From: an uncultured Devosia sp.
GTDB lineage: Bacteria > Pseudomonadota > Alphaproteobacteria > Rhizobiales > Devosiaceae
Assembly: GCA_965650545.1 (NCBI GenBank)
Contig: CBFGPB010000001.1
Span: 1 to 40,698, forward strand
Direction: 5' to 3'
Length of the DNA stretch: 40,698 nt
The first letter of the stretch is position 1, and every line of letters starts with the position of its first letter. Positions 1 to 8,521 of this stretch are shown in pieces. The notes below the pieces were generated by a model. The model did no database searches and was not told the origin of the DNA. It saw only the letters and a list, made by a program, of their open reading frames with translations. Both the position numbers and the translations under genes were made by a program.

Positions 1-41
1 GGGGCTGTAGCTCAGTTGGGAGAGCGCGTCGTTCGCAATGA
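1..41 (+). other. attP core: 5' half of tRNA-Ala(CGC), not a complete tRNA
   Basis: GGGGCTGTAGCTCAGTTGGGAGAGCGCGTCGTT-CGC-AATGA gives the acceptor 5' strand, D arm and anticodon arm of tRNA-Ala. No T arm (GTTCGA) or CCA follows. A tyrosine integrase is encoded in the genome. Confidence 0.85.
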
Positions 42-55
42 TCGGCTCCCCTTTT
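1..55. repeat. Terminal direct repeat, identical to 40644-40698; most likely the circular-assembly overlap (genome 40,643 bp)
   Basis: Exact 55-nt identity. Both copies continue into the same non-tRNA sequence (TCGGCTCCCCTTTT), so they are not attL/attR. 55 is a common assembler k-mer. Confidence 0.9.
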
Positions 56-57
56 AT

Positions 58-70
58 TTTCAAGCACTTA
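58..70 (+). promoter_or_regulatory. IHF-like site beside the att core
   Basis: TTTCAAGCACTTA vs consensus WATCAANNNNTTR, one mismatch, in an AT-rich patch. Confidence 0.5.
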
Positions 71-122
71 TTATAACGTGTCGCGCGATTTACTGTCGGA
101 ATGACGGGTTTTTCGCGCGATC

Positions 123-398
123 TTATCTCCCTGGGGAGCGGCTGCTCGGTGGCCGTGGGGTCGGCCCCTGGAACAGCCCATCGATGCGATGCTCGATGCG
201 CTCGAGCGCCGTCTCGATCCGTTGCAGACCTTCGGACATGCCGGCCTTGGTGACATAGGTTTCGGCAGCATAAAGGCGATGGGCCTCGAGCGATCGGCGC
301 AGGGCCTCATGACGGGCATGGAGCCAGACCACCACGGCCACAACGGCCGCGCATATGGTCAGCAGGGCCAGAAGAACATCCCAGGTAATAATGCCCAT
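123..398 (-). CDS. Small membrane protein (N-terminal TM helix + coiled coil), holin-like lysis-cassette protein
   Basis: Hydrophobic LLALLTICAAVVAVVVWL; last gene of the lysis cassette, TGATG-coupled to the o-spanin. Confidence 0.6.
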   Translation of the reverse strand: MGIITWDVLLALLTICAAVVAVVVWLHARHEALRRSLEAHRLYAAETYVTKAGMSEGLQRIETALERIEHRIDGLFQGPTPRPPSSRSPGR

Positions 399-709
399 CA
401 GTCAGTCGCTCCAGCCAGGCCGCGCTGCAGCTGGCCATAGAAGTCTACGATCGCGCCCTTTTCAACGCGGCAGGCGCTGAGTTCGCTCCGATCGCGGGCC
501 CAGAGGGTTTCGGTCTGCGCCTGGCTCAAGGGTCCGGGTGGCAGTGAGACCGGCCGCGGCGTTTCGCGCGTCACCTGTGGCGGCAGGCCGGGCAGCAGGA
601 TCCGCGCGCTAGCGGATGGTGTTGAGGCGCTGCACGCTGCCAGCGCCAAGGCACTCGCGGCCAGCATCAGGATCTGCAGTTGCCGCGTTGTCGATGCCGG
701 CAAGGGCAT
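398..709 (-). CDS. o-spanin (Rz1-like lipoprotein)
   Basis: Lipobox LALAAC, Pro-rich body, C-terminal Cys; overlaps the i-spanin 3' end in another frame. Confidence 0.8.
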   Translation of the reverse strand: MPLPASTTRQLQILMLAASALALAACSASTPSASARILLPGLPPQVTRETPRPVSLPPGPLSQAQTETLWARDRSELSACRVEKGAIVDFYGQLQRGLAGATD

Positions 710-947
710 TGTCTGTCTCCAGTCGGTCAAGGGATAAGCGATCGGCCGCCCGCATGAGCTGGCGCTCGGCCTCGGTGATGGCCTCGCGGTTGGCCTCTTC
801 GGCTTCGCGCCGCTGCCGTTCGCAGGCCCGCTGGGCGTCGTTGATGCCGTCCTGGTACCCGAGCGCCCGGACATAGGCGCCAAAGCTGCCCAGAGCCCCC
901 AGAACGGCCAGAATGGCCAGGCCAAGGATGATGGCCCGGCTAGACAT
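609..947 (-). CDS. i-spanin (Rz-like)
   Basis: MSSRAIILGLAILAVLGALG TM anchor, coiled coil, C-terminal 'ECL...VQRLN'; follows the endolysin. Confidence 0.8.
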   Translation of the reverse strand: MSSRAIILGLAILAVLGALGSFGAYVRALGYQDGINDAQRACERQRREAEEANREAITEAERQLMRAADRLSLDRLETDNALAGIDNAATADPDAGRECLGAGSVQRLNTIR

Positions 948-1578
948 CGGCCGGGCGCCGCAGCAGCTTGAAAGCGATGAAGCCGATAAAGGCCACCACC
1001 AGCAAAACCAGCACCACCCCGAGCGCGATTTGTACCGGGCCATTGCCCTGGGCCAGCGGGGCGGCGCCTGTCACCACGGCGCCGGCGCCAGGGAGCAGCA
1101 CCTCGGGGCGGTTGAGCCGGTCTGTGATCGTCTCCGGCCTGGGTTCCGTGGGAAAGCCCGGCGTCGGCTTTTCGGTCCTGGGCCAGGGCGTGCCCCAGCT
1201 GCGGGCCGGGCCGGTGTCGATATGGATGAAGTTGCTGCCCGGATAGGTGCCGATCCCGGTAAAGCCCACGGTCCGGGCCATCTGCATGAAGTGGTGCGGA
1301 TCCTGGTTGGTCATCACCACGTCGAAGGCCTTGCCCAGCCGGTGCTGGCTGTTCTTGGCGGCCCCGGGCAGGCTGGCATTGTGGGCTGCGGAGCGATAGG
1401 CCGAGGTGATCAGCAACGGCTTGCCCAGGATGTTGCGCAGCTTCTGCAGCTTGTCCATGCTGGGCTCATCGATCATGAGCTCGCCCTCGCGCTTGCTGGC
1501 CATCTCCTCGGGGGAGAAGTTCGGCCAGCGCCATTCGCTCATCGGGAATTCACCGTAATGCCTGTAAACCCTGCCCAT
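940..1578 (-). CDS. Endolysin, peptidase M15A family, with C-terminal membrane segments
   Basis: ITSAYRS, SQH..GKAFD and FIHID Zn-peptidase motifs; C-terminal hydrophobic IALGVVLVLLVVAFIGFIAF. Confidence 0.85.
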   Translation of the reverse strand: MGRVYRHYGEFPMSEWRWPNFSPEEMASKREGELMIDEPSMDKLQKLRNILGKPLLITSAYRSAAHNASLPGAAKNSQHRLGKAFDVVMTNQDPHHFMQMARTVGFTGIGTYPGSNFIHIDTGPARSWGTPWPRTEKPTPGFPTEPRPETITDRLNRPEVLLPGAGAVVTGAAPLAQGNGPVQIALGVVLVLLVVAFIGFIAFKLLRRPADV

Positions 1579-1606
1579 GCCTGGCCTCCAACCGATCGAT
1601 GGACCA

Positions 1607-1635
1607 AGGCTAAGGGCCGGGCCGCGCGGTCAACC
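1607..1635 (-). promoter_or_regulatory. Putative late promoter (TTGACC-N15-TAGCCT) upstream of the endolysin
   Basis: Same architecture at four late-gene leaders. Confidence 0.55.
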
Positions 1636-1654
1636 GGAGCGCGGGCCTGCCGGC

Positions 1655-2680
1655 TTACGCAAACCTTGCGTCGACAGTGATGGCGCCGCCGGCGCTGGAA
1701 TAAAGCAAGCACGCATTGCCAGCCACCAGAGGCGTGCCGGTGACGCTCGTGAGCACCCGGCAGGCGTCGAGCGAAGCGCTGTCGGCTAGATGCGACGAGA
1801 CGGTCTGGCCGGTGCCGGCAGCGTTCAGGGGCGCAATGCCGGTCGGAACAGTCACCACCGGGGCGACACGCTTGGGGCGGTAGCGCAGAGGCCAGATCAT
1901 GGCCGAAGTCGAATAGGCCTGCCCGACGCCGGCATAGCCGCCGGCGCTGATCGTGATCACTTCGAAATGCCGCTGGCACAGTTCAAGCTCGACGGCATAG
2001 GGCCGAAGCGGGCTGATATCGTCACCCTGTTCGGAAGCGTCGCCCACCACCAGCTGCGCGTCCGTGGTCTCGTAATAAGTACCCGATCCCTGGGCCGAAC
2101 TCACCTCGACCATCACGCGCAGGCCCTCGGCCGTGCCATCGTCCGGGACGTCGGCAACCACCTTGGCGGTGTACCAGTCTGCGGCGCCGGTCCCGGTGGG
2201 CAGGTCCGCATTGGCAACCGTCTGGGTCTGCAGGGTGGACCAGCTGCCGCCCGTCATGGTGTCAGGCGTGGCGTTCTTCTGGATCCGCACCAGGAGCGCA
2301 GAGGAAAACGAAGCATTGCGCCGGAGCTTGACCAGAAAGGTGACCTTCCTGCCCTGCAGCACGTCGACATCACGGCTTTCGAGCGCCTGGTGAATATTGC
2401 CGTAGCTTGCCGCCGCCCCCTGGGTCATGCGAAGCGCAGCCACGCATCCCAGGGGCAGGCCCGCAGTTACGCGGCTGGCCGTGAACGTGCCACCCCCGGA
2501 AATGTACCATCCGTCGGATGCCCAGCCAGCGCCCGCCTTGGGCGACGCGATCTGCCAGATATCATGCTGGGGGTTCATCAGCTTGTTGCGGAACCCACCC
2601 AAAAGGCCGATCCCCAGCGCATCGCCCAGGGCGGCGAAAGCCGCTAGTGAAGCGGCCGGGTCTTCTACTTGCCAGCTCAT
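1655..2680 (-). CDS. Secondary tail fibre / receptor-binding protein
   Basis: RNKLMNPQHDIWQ ... ELELCQRHFE motifs typical of phage fibre carbohydrate-binding domains; real start MSWQVED at 2680. Confidence 0.7.
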   Translation of the reverse strand: MSWQVEDPAASLAAFAALGDALGIGLLGGFRNKLMNPQHDIWQIASPKAGAGWASDGWYISGGGTFTASRVTAGLPLGCVAALRMTQGAAASYGNIHQALESRDVDVLQGRKVTFLVKLRRNASFSSALLVRIQKNATPDTMTGGSWSTLQTQTVANADLPTGTGAADWYTAKVVADVPDDGTAEGLRVMVEVSSAQGSGTYYETTDAQLVVGDASEQGDDISPLRPYAVELELCQRHFEVITISAGGYAGVGQAYSTSAMIWPLRYRPKRVAPVVTVPTGIAPLNAAGTGQTVSSHLADSASLDACRVLTSVTGTPLVAGNACLLYSSAGGAITVDARFA

Positions 2681-2841
2681 TGCGAAGCTCCATAGGTGAA
2701 GGGCAGACCGGCAAAGGTGAAAGCCTGGCCGCCATAGGTGAACGAAAACTGGACACCGTCGCCAGGGCTCCCATCGGCCCGGCCCACTGGCCACGCCACG
2801 CCGAGGCGGATCGGCCGGCCAATCCTCGAGAACACGCTCAT
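2677..2841 (-). CDS. 54-aa small protein not in the ORF track; possible fibre adaptor
   Basis: MSVFSRIGRPIRLGVAWPVGRADGSPGDGVQFSFTYGGQAFTFAGLPFTYGASQ; ATGA overlaps with both neighbours. Confidence 0.65.
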   Translation of the reverse strand: MSVFSRIGRPIRLGVAWPVGRADGSPGDGVQFSFTYGGQAFTFAGLPFTYGASQ

Positions 2842-3152
2842 TGCGGAATGCGCTTGACTTCGACGGTGATGGCTTCCGTGCCGGGGCTGGCCATGTCGGC
2901 GCGGATCCAGCCAGGGGGCAGCTTGAAGTTGCGCGCACCCGGCGCGGTGAAGCTGACGCTGTCCGCGTCATCGTCGAGCACGCGCGGCGTTCCATTGGGG
3001 GCGGAGGCCCATTCCAGCGTCACCGTGGCCGTGTCGAACGTGCCGGAAACGAAGATTGTCCCCTCGCCGCCTGCCCAGTATTCGAGCGTGCCCGTGTCCC
3101 CGGTCGCGGCACTAAGCAGGGTGATGAGGCGGTTGCCGTCGAGTGCGGTCAT
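2838..3152 (-). CDS. Hypothetical beta-rich structural protein (fibre-associated)
   Basis: SGTFDTATVTLEW motif; position in the tail region; own promoter-like motif. Confidence 0.65.
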   Translation of the reverse strand: MTALDGNRLITLLSAATGDTGTLEYWAGGEGTIFVSGTFDTATVTLEWASAPNGTPRVLDDDADSVSFTAPGARNFKLPPGWIRADMASPGTEAITVEVKRIPQ

Positions 3153-3184
3153 GGTGCTTGCGTCCCGGTTCGTTCAGTGTTGCC

Positions 3185-3213
3185 AGAATGCGGCGATGCG
3201 GGTTGGGTCAACC
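3185..3213 (-). promoter_or_regulatory. Putative late promoter (TTGACC-N15-CATTCT)
   Basis: Recurrent motif in a short intergenic gap. Confidence 0.5.
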
Positions 3214-3216
3214 ACC

Positions 3217-5505
3217 CTAGTGCAACAGGGTGAGGCAGATCGTGACCTCGACATCGACGGTGGCTGAAAAGCTGGCGCCGGTGGTGAGGTTGAGGAAGAG
3301 GTTGTTGTTGACGCCGATCTTGGGCACCTTGGTCGCCGCGCTCGGCGAACCGCCCCCAGCGTCGCGATTGTTGGCGATTACGACGCCGATGCTGGGGGAG
3401 CCGCCGCCAACTGCCGCGCCGCCGGCGTCGAGCGTTACCGTGCAGGTGTCGCCCGAGGCGGCAGCCTGCTTGTTGACGCGGATCCATTCGACCACATAGT
3501 CGCCGCCGACAGGCCGCCCGCCGAGTGCCCCCGAACGGGACCAGGCGTCCACGTTTGCCGAAGCCCCCGGGTTCACGAAACTGTGGGTGATGAGCACACG
3601 CTCACCGGCATAGAGCTTCTGCGTGAAAGAGCCCGAATTGTCGTTGACGATCTTCCCGGTGCCGAGCGACGACACGTCGACCTGGTCGAATTCGTTATGG
3701 TCGCAGTCCGGATAGGCATAGATGAAGTCGGGGTTGTCGCTCGACAGACCTTCGCCGCGGATCTGGCTGAACTTGTTGCCCGCGCAGCGAAGCTCGAAAA
3801 CCTCGTAAGTGCTGGTGGCATCGGGCACCACAACCCAGGGCTCCTTGAGGGTGAGTGTCGTGGCCGTGTTCGACCTGATCTTTCGGGTCTGGCCCGCGCC
3901 AGTGCCGGTGTTGATGCGGACGGCGCCATTGACATAGGCATTGGTTGACCATGCCTTGCCGGTATCGATGAGGGTCAGTTGCCCGTTGGAACCGGTCGAG
4001 GTGCCGGACGAGACCGCCGCATTGCCCCCGAGCAGGACATAGGCATCGTTGATGCTCTCGCCCGTGACCTGTGACACCAGGTTCTGCAGGCCCACCTTGA
4101 AGTCGAAGATCACTGCCAGGGAGGCGGCCCGGGTAATCGGTCCGATGATATTGGCATTGGGCCCGCTGGATCCGCCGGCCCAGGCGCCGCCATGGAACTG
4201 GAACGCGATCTGGGTGCGGTCGGTGCCGCCGAACAGGCCGCGGCTTTCGAAATGGTTGAAATAGGGCGACGTGCCGGCATTGCCCTGGCCGTAATAGATC
4301 CGGCCGCCGACGCGCCGGTTCTGCGCATTGATCGAGAAATGCGAGTAGGAGAAGCTGGTGACATCCACCACGATCTGCGGGTCGGTTCCCGCGGCCGAGG
4401 ACAGCACCTCGAATTCCTCGAGCGCGCAGTCGGCATAGGTGTTGAGGGAATTATAGGTGTCCGTATCGCCCGAGAAGGCGATGCCACCGGCAGCGTTGAC
4501 ATAGCGGATGAATGTGGCGCTCACACCCAGGCCGACGATCTTCACCCGGCTGCGCCGAAGGTAGATCGTGCCGGTGATGCGCCCGGTGCGCCCGGGCAGC
4601 ATGACCGTCATGGGCAGGGCCGAGCTGTCTATCGTCGCCTGGATCGCCGCCCTGTCGTCGGTGCTGTCGTCGAACCGGGCGCCCCATTGCAGCACGCTGC
4701 GGGCATGGCCGGGCACCAGGTTCGCCCTCGCCTGCCCGCTGATCCCGGAAAGGTTGATATAGGCGCCACCATCATGGGTTCCAGTCGCGGCCGCCACGAT
4801 CGTATAGGTGTTCTCGCCCCCATCGCCGGCTGCGTGATAGCCCAGCGTCTCCACGACCATGCCCACCTGCAGGCTGGTGCTCGCCACCATGTCGCCCACG
4901 GTGTTGAACACGGTCGGGCGAATGCCCAGGGCCGTCCTGGCCGCCGCCGCATCGGCCGAGCCCAGCACGCCCTGCATGTAGGCACTGGCCGCGATTTCGC
5001 CGTCCGCCAGCACGTCGACGAATTCGATGCGCGTGCCATCGGCGGACCAGCGCCAGAATTTTCCCGGCACGGCCGGGTCGAGTTCGACAGCCTCGGCGCC
5101 ATAGGCCAGGCGCAGCGCGCGGTTGGTCTCGCGCGCCAGCTCCTGGGCAATGATGATGAAACGGTCCATGTCATCGTCGATGGCCCGGGACTTGAACTTC
5201 CCGTCCCGCACCACCGAAAGCACCCGGTCGATAGCGGCCGCGCCCACGCGCAGGTAGCGCTGCCCGGCAACGGCCGCCGTGACCAGCGCTACCGTGCCAC
5301 CACCCGGCTCGCCGGCGCCGGTGAGCGAATAGTGCAGTCCCTCCTGCAGCTCCGCGCCGGTCAGGTCATCGGCATCGGCAAAGCGCACCACCCTGATGTC
5401 GTCATTGTCCTGGAAGGGGAAAGGCACCGAAAAGCTGGTTTCGCCCCCCACGGCAGTGGACAGGCGGAAACGCGGATCGGCGTTGATCGGCAAGACTTCG
5501 GACAT
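3217..5505 (-). CDS. Tailspike/tail fibre: T7 gp17-like N-terminal anchor + pectate-lyase-like beta-helix
   Basis: FSVPFPFQDNDDIRV...YSLTGAGEPGGGTV...IDDDMDRFIIIAQEL anchor; WGARFDDSTDDRAAIQATID beta-helix start. Confidence 0.85.
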   Translation of the reverse strand: MSEVLPINADPRFRLSTAVGGETSFSVPFPFQDNDDIRVVRFADADDLTGAELQEGLHYSLTGAGEPGGGTVALVTAAVAGQRYLRVGAAAIDRVLSVVRDGKFKSRAIDDDMDRFIIIAQELARETNRALRLAYGAEAVELDPAVPGKFWRWSADGTRIEFVDVLADGEIAASAYMQGVLGSADAAAARTALGIRPTVFNTVGDMVASTSLQVGMVVETLGYHAAGDGGENTYTIVAAATGTHDGGAYINLSGISGQARANLVPGHARSVLQWGARFDDSTDDRAAIQATIDSSALPMTVMLPGRTGRITGTIYLRRSRVKIVGLGVSATFIRYVNAAGGIAFSGDTDTYNSLNTYADCALEEFEVLSSAAGTDPQIVVDVTSFSYSHFSINAQNRRVGGRIYYGQGNAGTSPYFNHFESRGLFGGTDRTQIAFQFHGGAWAGGSSGPNANIIGPITRAASLAVIFDFKVGLQNLVSQVTGESINDAYVLLGGNAAVSSGTSTGSNGQLTLIDTGKAWSTNAYVNGAVRINTGTGAGQTRKIRSNTATTLTLKEPWVVVPDATSTYEVFELRCAGNKFSQIRGEGLSSDNPDFIYAYPDCDHNEFDQVDVSSLGTGKIVNDNSGSFTQKLYAGERVLITHSFVNPGASANVDAWSRSGALGGRPVGGDYVVEWIRVNKQAAASGDTCTVTLDAGGAAVGGGSPSIGVVIANNRDAGGGSPSAATKVPKIGVNNNLFLNLTTGASFSATVDVEVTICLTLLH

Positions 5506-5532
5506 GCGGCAGCCCCAGTTCTGGATGCTGCC

Positions 5533-5561
5533 AGCCTGGGGCTCGCCGGGTAGGGTCAACC
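5533..5561 (-). promoter_or_regulatory. Putative late promoter (TTGACC-N15-CAGGCT)
   Basis: Recurrent motif, 28 nt upstream of the tailspike ATG. Confidence 0.5.
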
Positions 5562-5687
5562 GGTCTTTTCCTTGCCTGTTGCCCCCACAAAGGTGCTGTA
5601 ATCCACAGGCAGGTGACCTTTTCAGGCCAAAACCAACTGTTTCCTGTGATTTCTGGCGTTGACGCGCCCCCTGAATCGACTAACTCT

Positions 5688-5892
5688 GATCGGGTCGACT
5701 GCCAAAAAGCAGATCGGCCGCCCCGACACAGGGGGCGACCTTCGAAAGGGGGTGATGGCTATGCCACCCACATAGTGGGATCTGTGAATACCCCGGGCCA
5801 CGATCGGGACTGGCCTCCCGGCTTGGTTCGCAGCTCGCATAGGTTAGGCGGGCATCCGGCGGCGGCAGGATTTCGATCCTGTCGCCGTTTTC
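5688..5892 (+). ncRNA. Putative structured sRNA resembling the rhizobial BjrC1505-type RNA
   Basis: Promoter TTGACG(5659)-N16-TAACTC; hairpins GGTCGACTGC-caaaaa-GCAGATCGGCC and CGCCCC..GGGGCG; GAAAGGGGGTGA SD-like motif followed by a 4-7 codon ORF; ends in a terminator. Family assignment is from memory. Confidence 0.5.
5858..5891 (+). terminator. Intrinsic terminator
   Basis: GGCGGCAGGAT-TTCG-ATCCTGTCGCC followed by GTTTT. Confidence 0.75.
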
Positions 5893-6000
5893 CATGGTGC
5901 TGCCAGTCCTCACTCGCCGCACCATGGGGGAAGTTTGCACTGCGTTGGCGCGTCCCGTCAATTAGCGCATGCGCTATTTCGCGTATTTTTGTCCACGCCC

Positions 6001-8511
6001 TCAGGGCGCCGCTGCCGGCGCCAGCATATTGCCCATGTCCGGCGCCCGGCTCGGGGTCGCCTTGCCCTTCTCCCACCAGAAGCCCTGGCCGAAATCGCGC
6101 TGCCAGGTCCGCTGGCTGCGCTTGAAGCTGGCATTGGCCTCGGGGTCGACCAGGAATTGCGCCTGGTCAAGCACCAGGCGCTCCCAGGCCAGGCGCAGAT
6201 ACCAGATATTGCCGCCTGGCACGTTGCCCCGGGCGAACTGCACGAGCTCGCGGCCGAACTTGGCCTCGTGGAGATCCTTGCCCTGCACAAGCTCCATCAT
6301 GTTGCCGATCGTCAGCTGCCGGAAATCATTGGCGCGCTGCATCAGCGGTCCGGCCACTGAAAGCTCGATCCCGCCCCCGAAGCGGTTCACGTCCGAAAAC
6401 AGGAAATCGCCATAGAGGCCGAAGCCACCGCCCTGCATCAGGGCGGCCGCCCAGAAATTGGCCGAGGTCATGGGCTGCGGATCGCGGCCGCCGGCGACGG
6501 ATTTGAGCTGCATGGAGAGGGCACCGAACACCATGCTGGCCAGCAAGAGGCTCCCGGCATAGGCAGCGGCCCCGGCAAAATCCTTGCCGGCGATGCGCCG
6601 ATGGATCTGGTGGCCATGCAGCATGGCATAGGCCGCGCCGAAACTCTTGAACTGGGCAAAGCTGCGCAGCAGCTCGCCGCCCACCGTGCCCGGCTGGTTC
6701 TGGTCGAGCAGCAGCGTACGGCTGCGATGTCCGCCCGAGGGCACGGCATATTCGGTCAGCACATGCACCATGGAGAGATATTTCTCGGCCAGCTTGGGGC
6801 TGAGCGCTGCGACATCGGTGGGGCGCATCATGGTCAGCCCGTCCGGTGTCTCATGCAGTGCAGCGCGACGCATGAAATTCCAGTCCGCCTCCTTGAAGCC
6901 GAACCGGGTCAGCGTGTCGCGGAAAGTCGGGTGCATCCCCGCCCAGTCCTTGCCTGCCTGGTTGGCCATTTCGTGCAGGAACGCCATGCCGAAAGCATGC
7001 TTGCCTGCCTGGGTGAAGGGGGTCAGGCCCGAATAGGTGAGCACCCGATCGCCCAGGAAGCCCATCCAGGCCGGGCCCTGCAGCGTGCCGACATATCGCG
7101 CCTGCTTCTGGAACACATGCACGGCGTTGTCGAGGATGAGCCCGGCCGCCACCGCCTCGCGCCGTCCGGTCGGTGTCATGGCACGGACATAGTCGCCCCA
7201 GATCCCGCCATTGATCCCGGCAAAGCCGCGGGCGATCACCTGAGTGCCGAAATCAGACATCGAGGTCAGGGCCGCGCCGCCCAGCGCCGTCGAGGTGATG
7301 AAGCTGCGCGCGCCGCCCAGAACATTGGCGACCGTGCTGCCCACCGGCGTCGTGAGGCTGCCGCGCAGCGAGCCCCAGACAGCGTCGATGCGATTATGGT
7401 AGCGGCTGGCCCGGGCCAGCGGATCGCCGGAACCGGCAAAGCGGGCTTCCTTGCCGGCTGCCTTCAGCTGCGCCTGCTGGGTCACCAGCTGCTTGAGCCA
7501 TTCGATGGTGCCATTGGGGTTCGGCCCCAGCACCTCCATGGCGGCAATGTCGCGGGACATCATGTTGATATGGCCCATCATGGCACCGAACGGGTCGCCG
7601 CCGCCCCCGAAATCCTTCTGGTACGCCATCCAGTCGTCGGCAGATTTGAACACCAGAAAGCGATGCTCGGCATGCTGGTTGGCGAGAGCCCCGCGGCCCT
7701 GCCCTTGGCGCAGCGGCTGGCGCTCGTTCCACCCATCGGTGGCGATGCGGTCCCAGATGGCGCCGAGTACCTCGTCGAGCTCGCCTGCCGTTACCTCGGC
7801 GCCGGTCAGCGGATGGGTCATGCGGCTGGGGTCGAGCCGCGGCTTGATCTGGGCAATCCAGCCCTCGCGGCCGATCCGCCGCAGGGCCTGCGGATCGTGC
7901 CGCTGCGGCAGCCCCCAGTTCTCGAGCTTGCCGATGGCGCCGCCGGCGGCGTTGAACCGCGTGCGCAGCCACTCGGCCGTCTTCGTCCAGCTTTCGGCCA
8001 GCCCCTTGGCGGCCAGGTCGCCGCTGTTCTCGCCGAACAGCTCGCGCACCACGTTGGGCAATTGCGCCCGGTTGTGGCGGGTCAGGTCGCCGCCCCAGGC
8101 GCCGCGCCGAAATGTGTAGAGCAGGCTCTCCATCATGGCATGGGCCATGCCGGTAATGGCCGCCTCTCGGCCCGCGACGCTCTCGAACCTGGCTTCGCCA
8201 TTGTGCTCGAGCAGAAAGAGGGCGCCGCTCGCCACGTCGCGCTGCCCGCCCGGCGTCTTGTGCGTACGCAGATCCTCGGCGATGCGCCGGATACTGGCGA
8301 TCGACAGTTTTGCCTTGCGCTTCTGGTGCTCGGTTTCGGCTTTCAGCAGGGCCTGCAGCTGTGCCTTGGCCTCGGCATCGGCCGTCGCGTCGCTGTCGAG
8401 CGCCGCGCGTGATCGGGCCCGGTTGAATTCCCGCGCCAGCCGGGCGGCATCCTCGCCCGTGATCTCGCCGGCCTTGCGGGCCTCCTCGAGGCAATTGTTG
8501 ATCGCTACCAT
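6001..8511 (-). CDS. Internal virion/ejection protein (T7 gp16-like position)
   Basis: 836 aa helical protein; WGLPQRHD and GELLRSFAQFKSF motifs seen in podovirus ejection proteins; lies before the tail fibre. Confidence 0.75.
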   Translation of the reverse strand: MVAINNCLEEARKAGEITGEDAARLAREFNRARSRAALDSDATADAEAKAQLQALLKAETEHQKRKAKLSIASIRRIAEDLRTHKTPGGQRDVASGALFLLEHNGEARFESVAGREAAITGMAHAMMESLLYTFRRGAWGGDLTRHNRAQLPNVVRELFGENSGDLAAKGLAESWTKTAEWLRTRFNAAGGAIGKLENWGLPQRHDPQALRRIGREGWIAQIKPRLDPSRMTHPLTGAEVTAGELDEVLGAIWDRIATDGWNERQPLRQGQGRGALANQHAEHRFLVFKSADDWMAYQKDFGGGGDPFGAMMGHINMMSRDIAAMEVLGPNPNGTIEWLKQLVTQQAQLKAAGKEARFAGSGDPLARASRYHNRIDAVWGSLRGSLTTPVGSTVANVLGGARSFITSTALGGAALTSMSDFGTQVIARGFAGINGGIWGDYVRAMTPTGRREAVAAGLILDNAVHVFQKQARYVGTLQGPAWMGFLGDRVLTYSGLTPFTQAGKHAFGMAFLHEMANQAGKDWAGMHPTFRDTLTRFGFKEADWNFMRRAALHETPDGLTMMRPTDVAALSPKLAEKYLSMVHVLTEYAVPSGGHRSRTLLLDQNQPGTVGGELLRSFAQFKSFGAAYAMLHGHQIHRRIAGKDFAGAAAYAGSLLLASMVFGALSMQLKSVAGGRDPQPMTSANFWAAALMQGGGFGLYGDFLFSDVNRFGGGIELSVAGPLMQRANDFRQLTIGNMMELVQGKDLHEAKFGRELVQFARGNVPGGNIWYLRLAWERLVLDQAQFLVDPEANASFKRSQRTWQRDFGQGFWWEKGKATPSRAPDMGNMLAPAAAP

Positions 8512-8521
8512 GGGAAATCTC

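Noticed and set aside
1-55. Terminal repeats as attL/attR or physical DTRs
   Set aside because: Neither copy contains a restored tRNA, both include phage-specific 3' sequence, and the length equals a common k-mer; assembly overlap is simpler.
1-76. Complete tRNA-Ala gene
   Set aside because: The sequence diverges after the anticodon arm; there is no T loop or CCA.
1655-5505. BPP-1-type diversity-generating retroelement
   Set aside because: No reverse transcriptase ORF and no TR/VR repeat pair seen, despite the BPP-1-like structural genes.
5801-5813. CGATCGGGACTGG shared with 25571-25583
   Set aside because: 13-mer matches are expected by chance in a 40-kb GC-rich genome.
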